From the human T2T-CHM13v2.0 reference genome, Homo sapiens, in NCBI RefSeq assembly GCF_009914755.1, contig NC_060926.1: 64,000 bases of DNA. One strand, written 5' to 3'. Positions within the stretch are counted from its first letter, which is position 1; each line of letters begins with the position of its first letter. Position numbers and translations under genes: made by a program. This document shows positions 11,976-26,295 of the stretch, piece by piece. The notes beneath the pieces are model-generated. The model saw nothing but the letters and a program-made list of their open reading frames with translations. It did not search any database and was not told the origin of the DNA.

Positions 11976-14954
11976 TAAGTGGCCTTAAATGTCTTTTTGT
12001 CTCTAATATTCTATGGTACTATAAAATATTTAATTATAAAATTCTCCATTTAAACAAGCATTTATGGATCGCATCCATGTTACATATTTTTTTTAATGAG
12101 AAGGAAGGAAGAAACTTCAATGCTAGAGAAACCACACAATAATAATTTATAAATTGTTTGATTAATGCTTAATTACAGGAGAAAAAAAAATCAAAGGAAT
12201 GTTGCCTATCCCACACTAAAAAGTAAACTCTGCAAAGGCATCTACAATTTACCCCTGCTTTGTAGTAAAATGCCTGGTACATGAAAAATTCTCAATGTGT
12301 GTCTGTAGGGTAAAATATCACAAATGTTAAAACCAAATTATAGAACAATTTACTGATTTGCCCAAATTCAAAGAGTGGCTCAGGGCAAGATAATGGGAGC
12401 ATAAAGCAATCCAAATCATTGACTACATGCTTTTTTCCCTGTTTTGTCAGCTGAATTCCAAAATTTATAGAAAGTCAGGCTTATTTTACATGTTCACCAG
12501 CCACTCACTCACCAGTGTAACAGAAGCTGTATATCATAGATCATCCAACATTCAAAATGTTCAGATTCAGCATTAGAAGAATGTTCTGGAAGCAGCCAAC
12601 ATTTATTTGAAGAGTTTACACTATGTCTGAAGTTTTGCAAAATTCTTAGAGAGAGGGCAACAAGCTTGGTACAAAATCCTTGATTTCAATGAACTGAAGT
12701 CAATGGACAAAAGGCAGAATTTTTATGAGAAAATAGAATTTGCATTCGAAATTATATTGAGCAGTACATAATTAACTGCTTACATAGATGCTATTGTGAG
12801 CACCACACTTTTCTTGTTCAGAAGAGTGTGATTTAACAGATATCTAAGAATATACACTATGAGACTGGTATGCACATATTTTAGGTAAGTGAGAAAGTTC
12901 TAGGTTAGTTTGAGCCTGGAAAGAAACAGAAGAGGAGGAGTGTTTATGTTGCTTCAGGTTTGACCATTTGGGTATAAAATTTAAAAATGTTCTTCAAAAG
13001 TCACACCTATCATAGTTTCTAGTAACATTTTTTTTTAATTCTGGAAGAAAAATATTTACAAAATTAGCATGACCTCTATGCCTTCCTATTTAATAGGAAG
13101 TATTATAGGAAGTATCATACAAGAACTATAATATTAAATACATAGATGTGGCTAACTTCACTTGCATTCTACCTTAGAAGAACATGCTTTTCTCATAAGT
13201 GTTCCCTTATGTATTATTCACCCATATTTTCTATCTTTCTTAAGATAAAAGTGTGACCTTTATTAAAAAAGTTTCTAATGTGTCATGTGATCAATAGATA
13301 TAAGTACCTTCATTTTTTAAATTAGTCCAAGGCTATTTTCCTTTTACTGTTGTATAAATAGGGAATTGAAGGGTAAAATAGTTAAAACTTAATGCTATAG
13401 TGCTAATGTGGCTTTTAAATCACGTCAGCTGCAATCACTGCATTATAATTAACAATTTATTGAACCAGCAATAAAATGAACATCACATTACTTCTTAAAG
13501 CAGCAGAATAAAATGGCTAATAAATAGCATAAGCCAGACAAATTGCAGAGTAATAGAAATTTTCTTAAGATTTATGGTCTGCAGAAAGATGGATGTGCTA
13601 TTAGTAGGAGCTCCAATACTTGACAAAATTCTTTTACAAAGACATTGTTACCATGCGTGTCAGAGTTCACAAGTCTAAGTGGTTTATCCAAATTTCAGCT
13701 CTCTGCTATTACAGTGAAAAATACTCATTACAAGGTTTTGAAACTGCAAGCAATGTGTACATTTGCCAACATTCAAACTGCTACTGCCAAAAAGATACTA
13801 AAATATTTTATAAACTGTCAAATAACAAGTCTGCTAGCTTAATCTGAGTCTATTTTATACTATACAGACTGTATAAACTATTACATTAATTCACTTCCTG
13901 CAAAACTTTTTAAGAGCAGAGAATAGCTAATGTAGAAGCTGAAAAAAGTAACTGCTTTTTACCTTCTGAAACTCTAACAATATCATACTTCTGTTGGGAA
14001 AGCATCAGTTTTCTTGAAATGCAATCACACTCCCTTTAACAATCGGCATACGAACAGAATCCATTAATGAAGAGAGATCACAGAAATAGTTAGATTAGAG
14101 TCAAGCTGAATGTTTCACTATGACAAGGGGGAGATAGCTATGGGAAAATTACATATATTCAGTGTTTCTACTGATAACATGTATTGTGATGCTTTGTTTC
14201 TAGCATGGAGCTGTATGTTCATAATGTAGAACAAAATATAAAATCGTTTATTATGTGACAATAGGCACAACAAATAGTAATATTTTATAAAGAATTTGTT
14301 TTTATGTTTTGAAATTATTAGTAGCAGTAGTGGTAGCAATTATAGTAGAAGCAAGCAGGTTCAGCTCTCTACTAAAAGGACAAAAAAGATTGGCTCCCAA
14401 GATTTTTGTCATTAATTAGTTCACTCAATAATAAGGATTATTTTTAATATGTAAATTTACATGTATTCATCAAATATTTATCAAATATCCCAGGTCCAAA
14501 TCTAAACACTTAAATTGAAATGTATAGTAATATCTGCATTAATTACTTGCTAAAAAAATTCCCGTAGAGTAAGTTTCATGGCACTTTCTAATGATGTATT
14601 GTTGTTCATAACAGAGGGTAAAATATGACTTGCTCATCTTCTCATGTTATAATACCCATGGAAGTGTAAGAGTTAAGGTCAGAGAGCTGTTATCAATACA
14701 AAGAAAAATGTAATGCAGAAGATAAAATTAAACAGAGAAAAAATTTTATTTTAACACTTTACGTAGCTTACAATTTTCTAAGTGAGATTAAGTAAACTAT
14801 ACAAATGCAAATCAAGAGGAAGACATGCTAGAAAAGACCTAAAAATGCTGCAGGATAGTCAAAGAAGAAAATTTTCAGATGTGATATGATCAGAGAAATT
14901 TCAGAGGAATGATGTTTTATTTCAATCTTCAAAAATACATAGAATTTTGATCAG

Positions 14955-15090
14955 TATGTGAGTAATGCAAATGTTAAAAAGCTTGATTTAGTGATACCAC
15001 AACGTATTCATATATCAAACCATCATGTTATACACTGTAATGATATATAATTTTTATTTGTCAATTAAAAATAAAGAATAAAGAAAAAAG
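14955..15090 (+). mobile_element. L1MA-type extreme 3' end with A-rich tail
   Basis: 'agcttgatttag...tatatcaaaccatcatgttatacactgtaa...aatttttatttgtcaattaaaaataaa'. Confidence 0.8.
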
Positions 15091-15419
15091 TCAAATATAA
15101 GGTGGCCAGTGTGATTCTTGTTTTACATAGAGAAACAATTTTAATGGTACAAAATGGCAAGATGCAATTATAATAAAACCCAAAAATCCAGTTCAAGATT
15201 TACACGAAGACTATAATAAGGATGATTCCTTACCCCTCAAGTGAAAAACAATAGCCCTAACACATATATTAGAATATTAATCAAATTTAATCATGAAACT
15301 CCTTGAATAAGGGAGGTAAAATGGTCTTGCAAAAATTAACTTTGGTTGTTCCTAACAAAGAAGAGGTTGTCCTATTAGCTTCCCTAGAGAAAGAAGCCTT
15401 AAAAATGGAAACAACTCCC

Positions 15420-15468
15420 ACACACAAACACACACACACACACCCACACACACACCCACATACACCCA
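15420..15468. repeat. (CA)n microsatellite, interrupted
   Basis: Directly visible. Confidence 0.9.
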
Positions 15469-15713
15469 AGCATCCCTTCTAATACATGGAACCGAATGGG
15501 TCAGAGGCTCATTCTCAGATTCTTTCACAGATTCGGGAAAAAAAGACCCTGTAGCCTGCTAAAGTCCCTTTCAAGCAAAGATCAGCTTCAGGTAGTGAAA
15601 TGTTTTCTGAAAGCCCTGCTTGCCCCTCCCTAGAAAACGGCTGCATTTCACCTTTCTGTTTGAGAGTAACTAACCATCCTATTTTGCCTGGGAGTGGGGG
15701 CAATCCTGGGACA

Positions 15714-15724
15714 GGGAACTTCCC
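15714..15724. promoter_or_regulatory. NF-kB consensus motif (candidate only)
   Basis: GGGAACTTCCC matches GGGRNNYYCC on both strands. Confidence 0.3.
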
Positions 15725-18700
15725 TACTAAAATCAGGAAAGTCATAGACAATTTGGGACTATTTGGTAATTTTATACACTTCCCAAAGGCAGCTTCTGGG
15801 ATGCCCAATAAGGCTCATTAAGAATTATGTCATGAATAATTTCGATCAACCACTATTTCTATTGAGTATTATTGAGGGTTTTGCTCTTTTCTGTTTCCAG
15901 CAATAAGTTCCTTGTTCAAGAAATCATTGGTGTGAAATCTATCTCCCATTTTTCAGAGCCTCCATCTTCATTTTGCCTGGCTTACTCCTCTTCTGTCCTC
16001 CCTCCTAGCTTCTCGACATTTACAAAAAAGTATATATTTAGGAAAGCATCTCATAGACTCATTCATAGTAAAGTCTAAATGTCTGCTAATAATTAACACT
16101 TTTGCCAGAATTTTAAATCTTAAAATTTGAATTTGAAGAAGTAAAGTCTGATTTATGGATAAACACCAAAACTCCAATTATATAATTTCATGCATTAGAA
16201 AATCCAGCAGGCCAAGCATTCTCTTAATTTCCCTCTCGTGACTTTACCAAGTATTCCCATAGCTAGGCCTTCTGATTTCTTTATTTGATGGTTCACCTAT
16301 ATCTCAATTATTGGGCCAATATACATCTAATGATGTACTATTGTTAATAACAGTGGGTAAAATACCATTTGAATACTACTTTGAGTACTACTATTTAAAG
16401 TGGGCTCAAAGTCCATACTTAACCTCCAACATAGGAAGGCTCATTGTTTTGCTCTCCTCCCTGTTCAGTTGACCCTTGTTGTGATGCTCTTCTGCAGACC
16501 TTTGCTGTGCTTGTAATGCCTTAAATTGACACACCACACTCACATGCCTTTTGAAATTCTGATAAAGAAGACTATCTGTGCCTAAGTGCCAAAGTCCAGT
16601 TCATAGGACCAGTACTCATAAGACATTCATTTTCTCATAACTGATAAACTCTTTTCAAAGAATAAAACCCTGCCTCATGCTAGTATTTCTTGTTTTGTTC
16701 TGAATTTTGATAATGAATTCTAGTGCCATGTTTTCAAACTTGGTTTTTGTGAACAGACTAAAGAAAAATGTTAACACGTCAGCTTGCCTAGTGCTCTTGA
16801 GTACCACAAACCTGTATTCCCAAATCCTGTGCAAGAACCTATTAGGAAACCCCGTAGAATAAACTTCAACCATTTAGACCAACTAGTTGCTGGGGTTGTA
16901 AAGATTCTTTAGTTTGGTTAAGCACTGATGAAGGTGCTTAACAGATGAGCTAAACTTCCATTAGTCAGATGTAGACCCTTGTAATTATCCAATTATACAA
17001 GGATATTTAATTCAGGAATGAAAAAAAATTACATGATCTGTGTCAATAACTCACATTTGTGTGTCCATGCAGACATCACTAATCAATCACAAGATACTAA
17101 ACTGTTGGGTTTAGATAAGATCTTAGAGTCCTTTTGTTCACATCTTTCCAAGCAGCCACTACAAATCAACTAGACTTGGCAGCCAAGATGAAAGCTGTTT
17201 GCCATCCTTGATCTAGTGGCATGCTTCCCCTTTCTAATGACCTGCCCTGCTGTGAATAAATTATCTTACTAGGCCAGTGGCTTTAACAGCTTTCTCCATG
17301 CTACTCTGAAGATGGATATATTTCTCAAAAAGCTGCATAGCTCTTCCTTTATGAATTCAAAAATTTCTCCACACTCTCTCTTTCACCTTTCACTTCTAGT
17401 CATCCTATTTACCCAGTTCTAACTCATTGGATTTCACCAAAATTATCTTTTTCTGCCAATTCTATCATAAGAAGAAATCACCTTGACAGTTTACCTAGAT
17501 ATTAATTTAACTTTTCCTCAAGCCCACATCTTAGATCTTCTCCTTACTCTCCAGAATACAGGCAAGTAGCAGCCTTCCACCAAACCTGACACAGATTCCA
17601 AGGGGAAAATACCAGTGTTAACCATAACTTAATGCTTATGACAAGGAGATATCAGATAAATCCCAGGATAAGACAAAAGTATGGGCCAGAGTGGCAATAC
17701 ATAGACAACCATATTTACCTACTCATGAGGCTGATGCCAATGCCTATCATTTAAAGTCTTCATTTACAATGCAGGTTAGATCAGTTAGGGATGTGTTGTG
17801 TGTGTGCACTTCTGTGTTTGTATGCACACAGGAACATTTATATTACAAATATAAGTACTCTAGAACTCTCATTAAAATCATGATTTAGCTTATGTATAAT
17901 TTAAAAATATGTAGATAGGTAGATAAGTTAAATTTATCTAATCTGTCTATGTGCATACACACACACACACATGCACCTCCCCATACACACACCCTTAACT
18001 GGTTTAACTTGCTTGTAAATTAAGACTTTTAATGAGAGGCATCAACAGCAACCTTGTGATTAGTTCAATATATATAATATATACGTCTTACATGAAGTAA
18101 AAGATCAATGACATGTCATAATAATTGGGTACATGTGTGAAACTAACATCCCTCATCTCTGTGTGTCTGTGTAGCTGAAAAGTACAATGTGAGGATATCT
18201 TTCAAAAATGAATTTATGAATGTTCAGTAGTTGCAGGCAAGAGTTTTGATTTTTTATTTAAGCCAACAGGCTTTCCAATGCTTTTTATTTCTAAAAAATT
18301 CTCTACATATTTGAGTACTGTGATACAGGTTGATTTGTCTCCTGAGGCCCTCATAATGCACCTCATATGTGTGTGTCTACTGACCAATTCATCTCCCATT
18401 AATAGCTCATTTCATAAGTCGAGTCCAACTAGCATCACTTTCGACTGGTTATATTCCAAGACTCTACAGATAATAAGTCTTTCTACTATTGTATTAAATA
18501 ATAAATGTGGTTCATAAGTGATTCTGACGAACCCTCTAGACATATCTTCTAGGAGAAATTTCAAGTCTAACATCTATTCAGAAGGTGACTAGCAAGACTG
18601 GCCTGCAGACTTTCATTTTTGTCTGAAGTTTAACAAATCATCAGCTCTGCATACTGCCTGATAATCTTCTGACATGCACATAAAAAAAAGAAGTCCTTTA

Positions 18701-19334
18701 AGTTTGCTTTCCTCTTTCTAAGTGTTCAGCTGTGTATCATCAAATGATGTGAGGCCTAGGAAAAAATTCTCAGGAATTGCCATGGTTCTATATGAATGCT
18801 GATAATGCTTGCAAAAGCATAACTTGCTGATGAGAGTTAACAAGTGACTTGGTGTTCCTCAAGCTAATCTTAGGTCCATAGTACCTTATGTACACCAGGA
18901 AAACAGATGTTCCAAGATGATCAGGAAGACTGGAAAATAAGAAATGTCCTATGTGGCCTTCAAGCAGTGGAACCCTATAATATTCTACTGAATCCAGAAG
19001 CTAATAAATGGCAGAGAGAAATCTAATCCACATGAAAATGATATATCTGTCTTTTTATTTTTATGTTTCACTAACTTTTAGATGACATATTGGAAGAGAG
19101 GATAAGTACTGGGGGGTCAAATGGATTTCATTTTGGGATTCCTTCTGAAATGTTCCTGAATGTTAAGCAAAAATGTAGTTAGGCAAACATGTAGCAGGTT
19201 TACCACATGAGTGCATTTTTTAAACTGTAAGCATAATTATGTATTCAAAATAACTTGTCTAATTGATTGGCAACCTGATATAATTGAAAGTTCACTGAGA
19301 CAAGAACCAGAAGATTGTTTCTGTGTAGAAGACT

Positions 19335-19640
19335 GTGCTTCTGAGTTAAGCTGACTAGTATTTGACTCTCAAGTTTGATTTTCATTCCCTTTAACAATGT
19401 GACTTCATAAGCATTATTTTTTCATCTATAAATATTAGAATTAATTGTGAGAATGGGAGCAAAGTGCCTAGCTCCCTCCCTGATATATTTCAGGTTTATT
19501 ACAAATGTTACTCGCTATTTTTTCTCTTACTTGTGTCTCATCTTGTGTAAATTGCTTCACCTCTCTGGACCCATTTCTTTATCTGAAAAACCAAGGGCTT
19601 AGTTTGGATGACCTCAAGTTCTTCCTATAATTCTATGATT
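19335..19640 (+). mobile_element. Two MIR fragments
   Basis: 'tgtgacttcataagc...ttttcatctataaa', 'tgcttcacctctctggacccatttctttatctgaaaaa'. Confidence 0.5.
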
Positions 19641-20669
19641 CAACTATGTACAACTTGGGATGGCATGGCCATGTAAGCAGAGGTTGCAAAACCAGGATTC
19701 AGTATCAGGCAAATAAAATCAATGTGTAAAACTGTGTAATGAAAAACAAGGGGGAATGATAAACTAAAGAATACATAGACCTGCCTAAAAACATTAAAAA
19801 ATCTAAAGCATTAAAATAGTGTGCCTGCCAAACCAAATATATTCTTGGGTCAAATTTGAATTCTTGGCTCAAAGGTTTCCAATTTCCAATCAAGAGCTTT
19901 TAAACATTGACCTCCATCACCCCACCAGCACCCCAGATTGTTGACAGGGCAGTCAGAGAATGGATCAATCATAATCTTAAATCAAACTGATCAATTACAG
20001 TCTATGCAAGAATTTTTTATGGCAGCTGTCATCTCTAGAAAAATATACATTTGGAGCCACCCAGATCATGTCAAGGAGGAAGGGAGAATTGGGAAGACCA
20101 AATCAGAAAAGAACCAAGCATAGTTTTTGTTTCTGGCTAAGCCGTGGTTTGGCTGTGAAGATATGACTTCACAGCATCCTATTGAGAATCACGTCTTTGC
20201 AGTGGATATTTTTTTTTCTTCCCTGCCATGAACGTGTCTGAGAAACTGCAGAATAAAAATGCAAAACAACAAGTATATTTAGATACACTCCCACACAGAC
20301 TCTAAAGCTTAATATTTCACTGAACACCACATGAAAGACTGAATTAATATCCATAACTCTTCCACATCACTCATGCTTCAAAGTTCTGTCGTTATAGATT
20401 TCTTTGGCCTATATAGTTGCAAAATTAGCTAACAACAGTAATCTTTCTTTAGTATAACATTCCATTGTACTTCATAAGAAAAAATTTATTAGATTTATTC
20501 ATCTTTTGGCTCTGTATATTCACAGAATTTTTACTGATGTTGCAATAAACAACAAATTTTTACCAGATAAAAATTAAACACAAGTGATTTTAGAATTATT
20601 ATTTATAATCCAACTCTAGGTATCAAGATAATCATACGATCAAAATCACTTATGATGTAGTCTATTCTC

Positions 20670-20810
20670 AACTCTGCAACCAACTAGTTATGTCACGTTG
20701 CATAAGTCATTCAACTTCTCTGATCCTCATTTACCTTTTATGTAAAATGCAATGTTGGTGGAAATGGCTTCTAAAGTCTCCTCTTATTCTTCCATTGTGT
20801 GATTCTTAGT
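20670..20810 (+). mobile_element. MIR fragment
   Basis: 'actagttatgtcacgttgcataagtcattcaacttctctgatcctcatttaccttttatgtaaaatg'. Confidence 0.65.
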
Positions 20811-23639
20811 GGAATATATCCCCCAAATTTATCATTGAATAGAGCTCAAAAATTATAAGACTGCAACTATACAAAACTGAGGAAGGCTAAGGCATCAACA
20901 AGCAGCAAAGACTTGACCCCTTATTAAATTGCATATTCACATAATGCAAATATGTGAAACAAGAGGCAGAAATATTAAAGTATGGCTTCAATTGGAAAAA
21001 GTAAGTTTCTAGAAGAATATATTCCAAATGTTATCAGAGATTATCAATGGGTAAAGTTATAAAATACTTTTTATTTCCCCTGAGTTTTAAATATCAATTA
21101 AAAAATTATTCAGCCTTGACTACTAAAATTAGTCTCAAGTTTGGGGACTCGTTAGAGCAGTGTCATTAACAATATGGTTTACATTATAAGCCAAATAGAA
21201 TACAATTTAAATTTCTCTAATTTAAGCCATATTTCTTAAAATTATTTTATTATTCTATATATGTTTTTTAAATTAATGCACAACAATGGTAGTAGCAAAC
21301 ACTTTGCATAGACTTTTTTCTTCATTACCCTGGGATCAAATTCTAATAAGGAATGAAACAAACACTAAAATTCTAGTCATACTAAGAAGTATTCTAGAAC
21401 CACTAAACAAGTCTGTATGTGGAATTTTTTTTTAATTAAGGCATTGTTTTAAATATATAGCAATTTTCAGCATCAATGTTTTCTTATGGCTCACATCTTA
21501 TTTTAGATATGCAAACAAAATTCTGAGTGTCATTTCAAGGAACCAGATTCATGTATTCATTGATTCATTTAATAAGCGTTTACTGAGCACTGTTACCCTT
21601 CACAACATTGGGTATGATAATATCCATGAGCTCTCTTAAATGATTGCCCATGAGGAGATTTATAATGTTTTACAGAGAGTGTCCTGACAGTGCCCAAGCA
21701 GCAGTTCATTCTTCCCAAAGAATAGTTTTTAAATGACCCTCCCTATGCCACAGCTAAGAAAAGAATTCTGATAAATGGCAAAAAGAATATAGTAGCAAAT
21801 AAAACAGTGTCCCGGGAGAAAAAGAGAGAGAGAGAGCGCCAAAACAGCTCTCCTCAGTTTTCTTTCGTTAGGAAAAGAGGAAGACACAATTTTGCAGAGA
21901 ATATTAAAAGAAAGCAAACGTAGCATAGAAATCAATCTATTCAAAACCTAGTAATGAAAGATCACTCTTTGAGCGAATGAATAACAAGCAGAGCCTACGA
22001 CATGTTCTGCAATTAGTAATGAGGTCCTTAAAGTAAGAAGCCAGCTTTGCATAGAAAGGCATAAGACAAAAAATAATGTAGATTGTACCTTGACGTATGC
22101 TTTCTTTCTTAGATGAATTATCATCAGATCTTTAGTAATGAGTAAGTAGAAATTTATAACAGAACAAAAATAAATACATCTCATTGAAGACTTTAGGGTT
22201 CATTTTTCCTCAATACATGATTTGTCAACCCGATAAAGTTTCATGTTATAGATACGGTCTTCTCTAAAGGAGCCTTTTGATTATTATGTCAAGATTCTGA
22301 TGCCAAGAATGGGTGAATAAGATAGGTAAGTGCCTCTTACTGAATCCTCTCATGAATAAGAGCCTATCATGAGGACATGAGATTAGGATGACCTTTGGAT
22401 AGATGACACAAGAAGGCTCATATATTGTTCTGTCAATTAATCCTTCATCATAGAGGTTGCTTCCAAGGATATACACTTTAAAAAAAATGATAGCAAAATG
22501 GCAGAGATGTTTTAGCCTGGCCGAGGCCTAATGCCCATGACTTGCCTACTGCCCTCCAATCCAAACAAGTGTCCCTCACTCAATTTATGTAATCAGTTGC
22601 ATGAAGGAAGTAAGAAAAAGAGAAGAGGACAGAATGTAAGGGTGTAGTCTATTGAAATACATGAATCCCACCCACTCATTACTGTAGTCTAATGAATAAT
22701 TTGCAATGTCACCAATCATATTGACTCTCTCTCCTCGTGAGATTGGCATGGGTGAAGGGATAGAATTCTCTTTCTCTTCCTTACCGCTTTAAAGAGACAT
22801 ATTTATTTACAAATATGCATTAACTTGTATTCTGCTAGATAACAGGATTATAAAGAATAATACATTGTGATTTCCTCCTCACATTCTATTCAATTTTGGA
22901 AATTGAATGAAGCTATTATTAATTCAACTTTTATTATTATAAATTACTTATATACTTTATCATAGATAGAGCAGAGAGGTGAATGTTGAAATGACCAGGC
23001 AAGTCTTAAGTGCATTAAAAAAACAGAGAATAATAGGGTCTGGAGTAGTACATTGGCCATTTTCTGCAATATTCAAAGAGGACACACATTACTCAGTGTT
23101 GGTCAATCACAGTCATGTAAGAATATGTGTTGGGTATTTCCAGATCTTCTCATTTCTAGTAGAATCTAGAAATCTAAATATTTTATGTAAAATGTCTATA
23201 ATTTATAAATATTACAAATTTATTCAAAGTGAAAATAAACACTGTACATGCCAAAGAGAACTATAATTTACAAATTTAATTTTAGACCTAGATTATAGAT
23301 GATGCTCAAAAAGTATGTGGTGAATAAATAACAGTATGTTCTACAGATTTCTACTAAACAAAATACACTAAAAAGAAGGATGTAAAATAACTGTAGCATA
23401 ATTGGCTCATTTTAGGGCATCACCAAAGAAAGATTACTAATATGAGATAATTCAGTATAGATGACAATCTTTGTTTTGCAGTCATTGAAAAAATCAGTTT
23501 TATTTTACAGTCCTTATATGCACATTAAGCTGATATCATCAAAATGACTAATGTTAGACTGCAAAGCCTGTTAAGTTAGTAAACAAATATGTATGAATTA
23601 GGTGTGTTTTATAAGCACAGTTCTGATAATATTTTCATT

Positions 23640-23835
23640 AACTGAGGATCCCAAATGTGTGTCCATGAATTAACACTGGAATAGATATAAATGAATCACC
23701 TGAAAAATCAGGAAATATATAATTTCTCAAACTCCATCTTGAGTAAATCTTACATGGCATATCTAAAACTTTTGTTTTGTCTTGTTTTGTATAAAGATCC
23801 CACGTAAGTCTGATATGCAGCTAGAATTGAGACTG
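23640..23835. mobile_element. MER5B-like hAT remnant
   Basis: 'gaatcacctg...aagatcccacgtaagtctgatatgcagctagaattgaga'. Confidence 0.5.
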
Positions 23836-24256
23836 ACAGTCATAGGAGCTTCCAAAGAAATATAAGACATATTTCTTGACCTCGTTGACATGATGCTACT
23901 CAAGAAATTGCAAACTGAACACATATCAAAACATTAGGACAAATATAAGCTATGATATCTAATTATATAATCACATTTTGTATAGTCCAGTGCTTAGGAA
24001 CTCAGACTAAGGTCAGGTATGATCAGGAATGCCTGCTTGGACTAGATGAAAGTGGGACGGATTTTGTAGAGAAGTTCAGATGTGAACATGGAGGTGGGAA
24101 TGGAGCTTTTGTGTTGGAGCTTTAGCATGGCTAAAAGTTTCTGAGCAGAAATGGCTATTAGCATGTTTATAAGGTAGGAAGGAAGTCAATCTGGTTGAAG
24201 AAAAAAAATCTTATTTGATCGGTGAGGGAACCTTAGAATTCAGACAGTTATTTAGA

Positions 24257-24871
24257 TTTTTTTTTCAACTTTTATTTTAGGCTCAGGGGGTACATATGCA
24301 GGTTTGTTATATGGGTAAATTGCATGTTGCTGAGGTTTGGTGTATGAATGGTCCCATCACCCAAACAGTGAGCATAGTATGCAATAGTTAGTTTTTCCAC
24401 CCTCGTCCCTCTCTTATCCTCCCCTTTCTAGTAGTTCCCAGTGTCTACTGTTACTATCTTCATGTCCATGTGTACTCAACGTTTAGCTCCCACTTACAAG
24501 TGAGAACATTTGGTATTTGGTTTTCTGTTCCTTAGTTTGCTTAGGATAATGGTCTCCATCTCCTTCCATGTTTCTGCAAAGGACATGATTTTGTTCTTGT
24601 TTATGGCTGAGTAGTATTCCATGCTGCGTATGTACCACATTTTATTTATGCAATTCGCTGTTGATGGAATCTAGGTTGATTTCATGTACTTGCTACTGTG
24701 AATGGTGCTGTGATGAACACAGGAGTGCATGTATCTTTTTGGTAAGAGAGTTTATTTTCCTTTGCTTATATACCCAGTAACAGGTTTGATGGGTCAAATG
24801 GTAGTTCTGTTTTAAGCTCTTTCAGAAATCTCCAAACTGCTCTCCACAGTAGCTGAACTAATTTACATTCC
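24257..24871 (-). mobile_element. 5'-truncated older L1PA (about PA15-16) 3' end
   Basis: Poly-T then 'caacttttattttaggctcagggggtacatatgcaggtttg', 'tttagctcccacttacaagtgagaacat', 'atatacccagtaa'. Confidence 0.92.
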
Positions 24872-26189
24872 AGTGGTTCAGATTCAACAGCAGAAGATAG
24901 TATCTGAGGACAATGAAATTGGCCAGATTATAAGATCAGATTCCAGTGTGTAAAGTTTAAGTTAGCTCAGGGTCATAAACATGTAGATTAAAGAAATAGA
25001 ATTTAATGACTGCAAAAATAGCAGTAGGTCAGTTTAAGATGAGAAAAAGGTGCTAGGAACAGGTGAATGGTTTTACTTAATAAAGTGAACATTACAGATT
25101 TAATTTAGTGGCTTGTACATTGGATAATAATTTTATTCCATGAGTTTTTTTTATACCGATCCCTCTGTTTTTGTGTTTGTCTCAAAATTTCCAGAATAAC
25201 ATGTTTAAAAATGAGTCCAGTTTGCAGTCTAGTCAAGAGGCAATATAGACATCAACAATGTCATAGTAATGAAGGTACTAGGGGCAACCTAGACTGTAGA
25301 TGCATCTGGAAAATCTGCTGACATGCCTCAAGAAAGCAACACTGAGGAAAGACAGACATACGCCACCATCCCCTCACATGTTCATACAAGACTTCACTCC
25401 CCACTTATTTGCCACTTCCAGAAGGAAGTGACCCACATGAGCTTGTCTCTCTCTCCCTGGTTGTTTTCAGAAGGGTGGCCTGGAGAGTCAGAAGAGCTGC
25501 TCCCCAACACATTCTGCAGAAGTAGAAAAGGTGTTTGTTCCCTTCTCAGCAATTCTTAACTTTCAAGCTGCATCTTCCTGTGGCTGGAATGCTATTTCTT
25601 CTCAGAATTGTAATAACTTATTGGAGGAGTAAAACAAACCAGTTACTGCCCCTACCAGCCATTTCTCTAAGATTTGCATTCACTGGAAACCCAAATATAT
25701 GCTTCTTCCTGATATGGAAGATGTCTTCTACACTGCAGAGGAGTACTGACATTTTCTGAACTCCAAGGGCATCTGTGAATAAGTGGGTCCACACTGGGTT
25801 CTGCTCTGTACATTTCCCCTATGGGAAAGGGAAAATGAAATGAAGTCTAAGACTGAGCCTCAGATTCCTGTTTGATCCATATGCACAGGAGATCTATTTG
25901 AAGGATCGTAACATTTTGGACTCCTCTTACTCTGTTTTTGTTTTTTATTTTCCCAGGATATCATGTAGTGTCCCAGAATAGTACGTTTGCTTGTTTTTGT
26001 TTGTTCGTTTGTTTGTTATTTGATGATGAATTCTCAGCTCAAAATTTAGGGGATGGGTTTGTCCTTTTATCCTCTGCCCTGCCTTCTTGTTTGGAACCTT
26101 TAATCCCAGTGTGTGAGCATCTTACTACAAGCAATAATTTTTAAGTCTTCATTGCATTTTTTTTTCTCAGTAACTCTTTAATTAAGCGA

Positions 26190-26295
26190 ACATTGATTAG
26201 GGGCCCATCATGTGCCAGGCACTGTTTATAGGCATTTGGGACACATCTCTGAACAGAAGAGATGCAGACTTCAGGTCTTGGAACTTCTATTTTTA
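26190..26295 (-). mobile_element. L2 3' end fragment
   Basis: 'catcatgtgccaggcactgtttataggcatttgggacacatc'. Confidence 0.7.

Noticed and set aside
12875-12890. ttttag|gtaagt, resembling a recursive splice site
   Set aside because: Pyrimidine tract is too short and no host gene is established
14587-14680. C/D snoRNA reading of the 39-bp repeat (ATGATGT resembles box C)
   Set aside because: Box C is imperfect, and I see no suitably placed CTGA box D with a terminal stem in either copy
25925-25986. Possible 24-nt microexon after a long pyrimidine tract
   Set aside because: Donor ata|gtacgt is modest and there are no neighbouring exons; needs RNA-seq evidence
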